DNA of 64,000 nt from Utricularia gibba. Lineage: Eukaryota > Plantae > Magnoliophyta. Below, one piece after another: positions 61,371 to 64,000 of this stretch. The first letter of the stretch is position 1. Each line of letters starts with the position of its first letter. The notes under the pieces are model-generated. The model searched no databases, had not been told where the DNA came from, and saw only the letters and a list, made by a program, of their open reading frames with translations. The stretch is from contig CM007989.1 in assembly GCA_002189035.1 (NCBI GenBank), positions 1,116,001 through 1,180,000 of the forward strand, read 5' to 3'. The translations under genes were made by a program, and so were the position numbers.

Positions 61371-63185
61371 ATGTTCCGAAGAGAAAGGGAGAGGGAGAAC
61401 AGAGACCTCAATGGTGGCCCTCCAGTTGGGCAGATCAGAGTGCTAGTTGCTGGGGACTCAGGTAGCCTAGTAGTTTTTCGTTAATTTTTGTATTTGTGCT
61501 TTGCTGTCAGTAGGAGTGTTGAAGTGTTAATGATGTCCATTCGACTAACCTCATAAAGGCCTTGAACTGCATCTAATCTTGTGTTCACTGTAAGCTGTAT
61601 GCGTTTATTCTTGTTTCGTTATATTTATAAGTTTCCAGTAGCTTTCTTGTATTCTTAAATGAATTTTATTGGTAACATTTATGTTTATGATGGTCTCTAA
61701 GATGCAATATGTGATTCAGGTGTTGGAAAAACTTCACTTGTTCATCTTATTACAAAAGGTTCTTCAATTGCTCACCCAACACAAACAGTTGGTGTTACTG
61801 TTAGTGCCAAGGTGAGACTTGTGTTCTTCTTCAGAGGCAGTTGATTAATCTTTTTCAGCTAATCACGTTTTAGCTTCCCTGCAGCATGTTACTCATCCAT
61901 CTGGTAGCTCCTCAAGTGGAATTAATGATGATTCTGATAGAGGTTTTTTCGTTGAGCTCTGGGATGTATCAGGGCACGAACGTTACAAAGATTGCAGATC
62001 TCTTTTTTATTCTCAAATCAATGGTAAGGAGGGTTGCAATCATACTTTCAGTGTGTTGTGCTAAAGCTCTAGAAATCAGTAGCGCTTTGTTTCATGCATT
62101 ATTTGCTGAAGAATTCTCTCCTCTTTACAGTATGGTTTTACGACTCTACTAAATGTAGGTAATTATATGGTTTTTGTTACAAAAATTGTTGATTAGGTGT
62201 TATCTTGGTACATGATCTTTCTCAAAAAAGAACGAAGGCGAGTTTGCCTAAGTGGGCTGCCGAGATTGCCTCAACAGGCTCATTTTCAGCTCCCATGAAT
62301 GTCCCTGGCCCTGGAGGTCTCTGTGTCCCATTTATTGTAATTGGTAACAAAGCTGACATTGCTTCAAAGGAGATGGCAAGGGGAAGCAGTGGTAATCTTG
62401 TTGATGTAGCTCGCCAGTGGGTCGAAAAACAGGGATTACTTGCACCCAGTGAGGAGCTTCCATTAACTGAGAGCTTCGCTAGCGGAGGAAGCCTTACAGC
62501 TGTAAGTTCAGAATATCATTTGTATTACATTACAACCAATGCATCTTGAGAGGAACCTATTCCGCAATGCACACAAAACTGATTTGGTGTTGGATACTGT
62601 CCTATACAATCCTCATTATCTTGAAGAATAACATTGAGTCATTCAAATTCAGGCTGCCAAGGAAGGGAGGTATGACAAGGAAGCAGTGATGAAGTTTTTT
62701 CGAACGGTTTGCATTTAGCTGCTATTCAGTGAGCAATTTTCTGCTGTAACAACAGCCTGCCTTAGCCTTTTTGCCCTTGTAGTTGATCAAGCGGAGGTAC
62801 TTCTCAGATGAATTGCCCGGTGCAAGTCCATGGTCTTCCCACATGATTACCTCATTGTCGACATCAAGAGAAATCGTAAGTGAGGATGACCAACCACACA
62901 GAAACACAAGGTACCACAGATGAGCAATGCCAATGGCAACATCTATCAACATATATATACAAACGTGTGCAATGACTCAACTCTGTCTTCAGTTTTGGAG
63001 ATCAGCTCAAGTACAATGTGCTGCCTCCTCTTCCAGCACAGCGCAACTTGACGCCACCACCCACACTCTACCCACAGCAGCCCATGTCAGTGATGCCAAA
63101 TAGCTACAGCATACCACGGTTTCCTTTTCAGAGCTCCCCAGACGGCACAAGTGTGAGATCTAAGCGTACGGACCTAAATGTTTAA
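61371..63185 (+). CDS. LIP1: Small GTPase LIGHT INSENSITIVE PERIOD 1; 7 exons, intact
   Basis: RERERE, G1 GDSGVGKTSL, G3 ELWDVSGHERY, G4 IGNKAD, GSSGNLVDVARQWVEKQGL, PPLPAQRNLTPPPTLYPQQP, ending RSKRTDLNV*. Confidence 0.97.
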
Positions 63186-64000
63186 GTGGTATGCTTGCTA
63201 CATACTAATATGTAGAACAACTTCCTCTGCGAGCACAGTTTGCTAGCTAAAGGGGCTGTGTGTAGTCGGACAACTCCATTCTTTCTTCTGATTGTAAATC
63301 ATTTTTAACTGGCTGTTTAACTTTTTACATGGCTGAATGCGTGTTGCATGTAATTGCAGTTGCAACATTATGCTACCGCAATGCCCCAAAGGCTTGTTTG
63401 TGATTTTTAAGAAAAGGAAGAGATTTTTTTCGTAGCTACGGTCACAGAGGTAGAAAGAACCGAGCTTGGAGCTTTTGCATGGTGTGTCGACCAAACAGGC
63501 AGGAACTGTGACCATCACGAGCGAAGTTGGTGTGAAAGAACCGTGATACAGGCCCACTTGAAGATGGGTGTATGTTTGGACAATAAATTGAGACACAGCT
63601 AGGCGCAAGGTATGAAAATATTGAAAACGAATGGTGAGCGCCAGTTGTAGGGGAGAAAAGAACACAACCTAAACCGTGTCCCGACTCCCGTGTCGAAATG
63701 TGGTAGAGCGTTTTGTTTATGACTCTTGGATTTTCATGGTCTCCCATTTTGACTGACATCATTCTTCCTTGCTCGGTTTGCTATCTATAAAGTAACGTAA
63801 TTTCTCACGGAAGAAAAGTCCCACCTTTCCTTATTTCTTCAACTCGCGGTGTTGAGATTTTGTTTGCTCAGCCTGCCGCTTGTTTACCCATCTCGTCATT
63901 CTCTCTCTAGGAAAACCCAGCTGCATAGTTGAGTTTCTGGGTTTCGGGGAGGGGAAGAATAGATTCTCAAGAAAGGTTCAGTCAGAAAATGGACGCTCGC

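Noticed and set aside
63243-64000. Minus-strand ORFs after LIP1 and a possible ATG at 63989
   Set aside because: No recognisable motifs, and only four codons are visible before the window ends.

Overview
Gene-dense nuclear DNA from a flowering plant (eudicot-like). About 21 protein-coding genes lie in 64 kb, mostly with short introns, and I found no recognisable transposon, rRNA, tRNA or CRISPR array. In order: pectin acetylesterase (PAE9-like, runs off the left end), P4H12-like prolyl 4-hydroxylase, a small Cys-rich CHCH-like protein, a C2H2 zinc-finger protein, YODA MAPKKK, TMEM161-like, an nsLTP, Ycf20-like, sorbitol dehydrogenase, GA20-oxidase, a PLS-E PPR protein, CPSF160, a class I glutaredoxin, a HECT-like E2-binding protein, a DUF4408-type protein, a 109-aa uncharacterised protein, a CESA6-clade cellulose synthase, an ABR1-like ERF, a GH17 beta-1,3-glucanase, an SG1-like TPR protein and LIP1. 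The strongest pattern is ten single-base deletions that break otherwise intact reading frames in eight genes, nine of them in G/C runs. This is most likely a long-read consensus artefact rather than biology. The best candidates for real novelty are an unannotated spliced small ORF divergent from P4H12, an ERF whose conserved N-terminal motif has no in-frame AUG, a nonsense codon in the LTP signal peptide, altered catalytic motifs in P4H12 and the glutaredoxin, and strongly GC3-rich terminal exons. Family assignments come from recalled motifs, not database searches. I found no clear new biological system.
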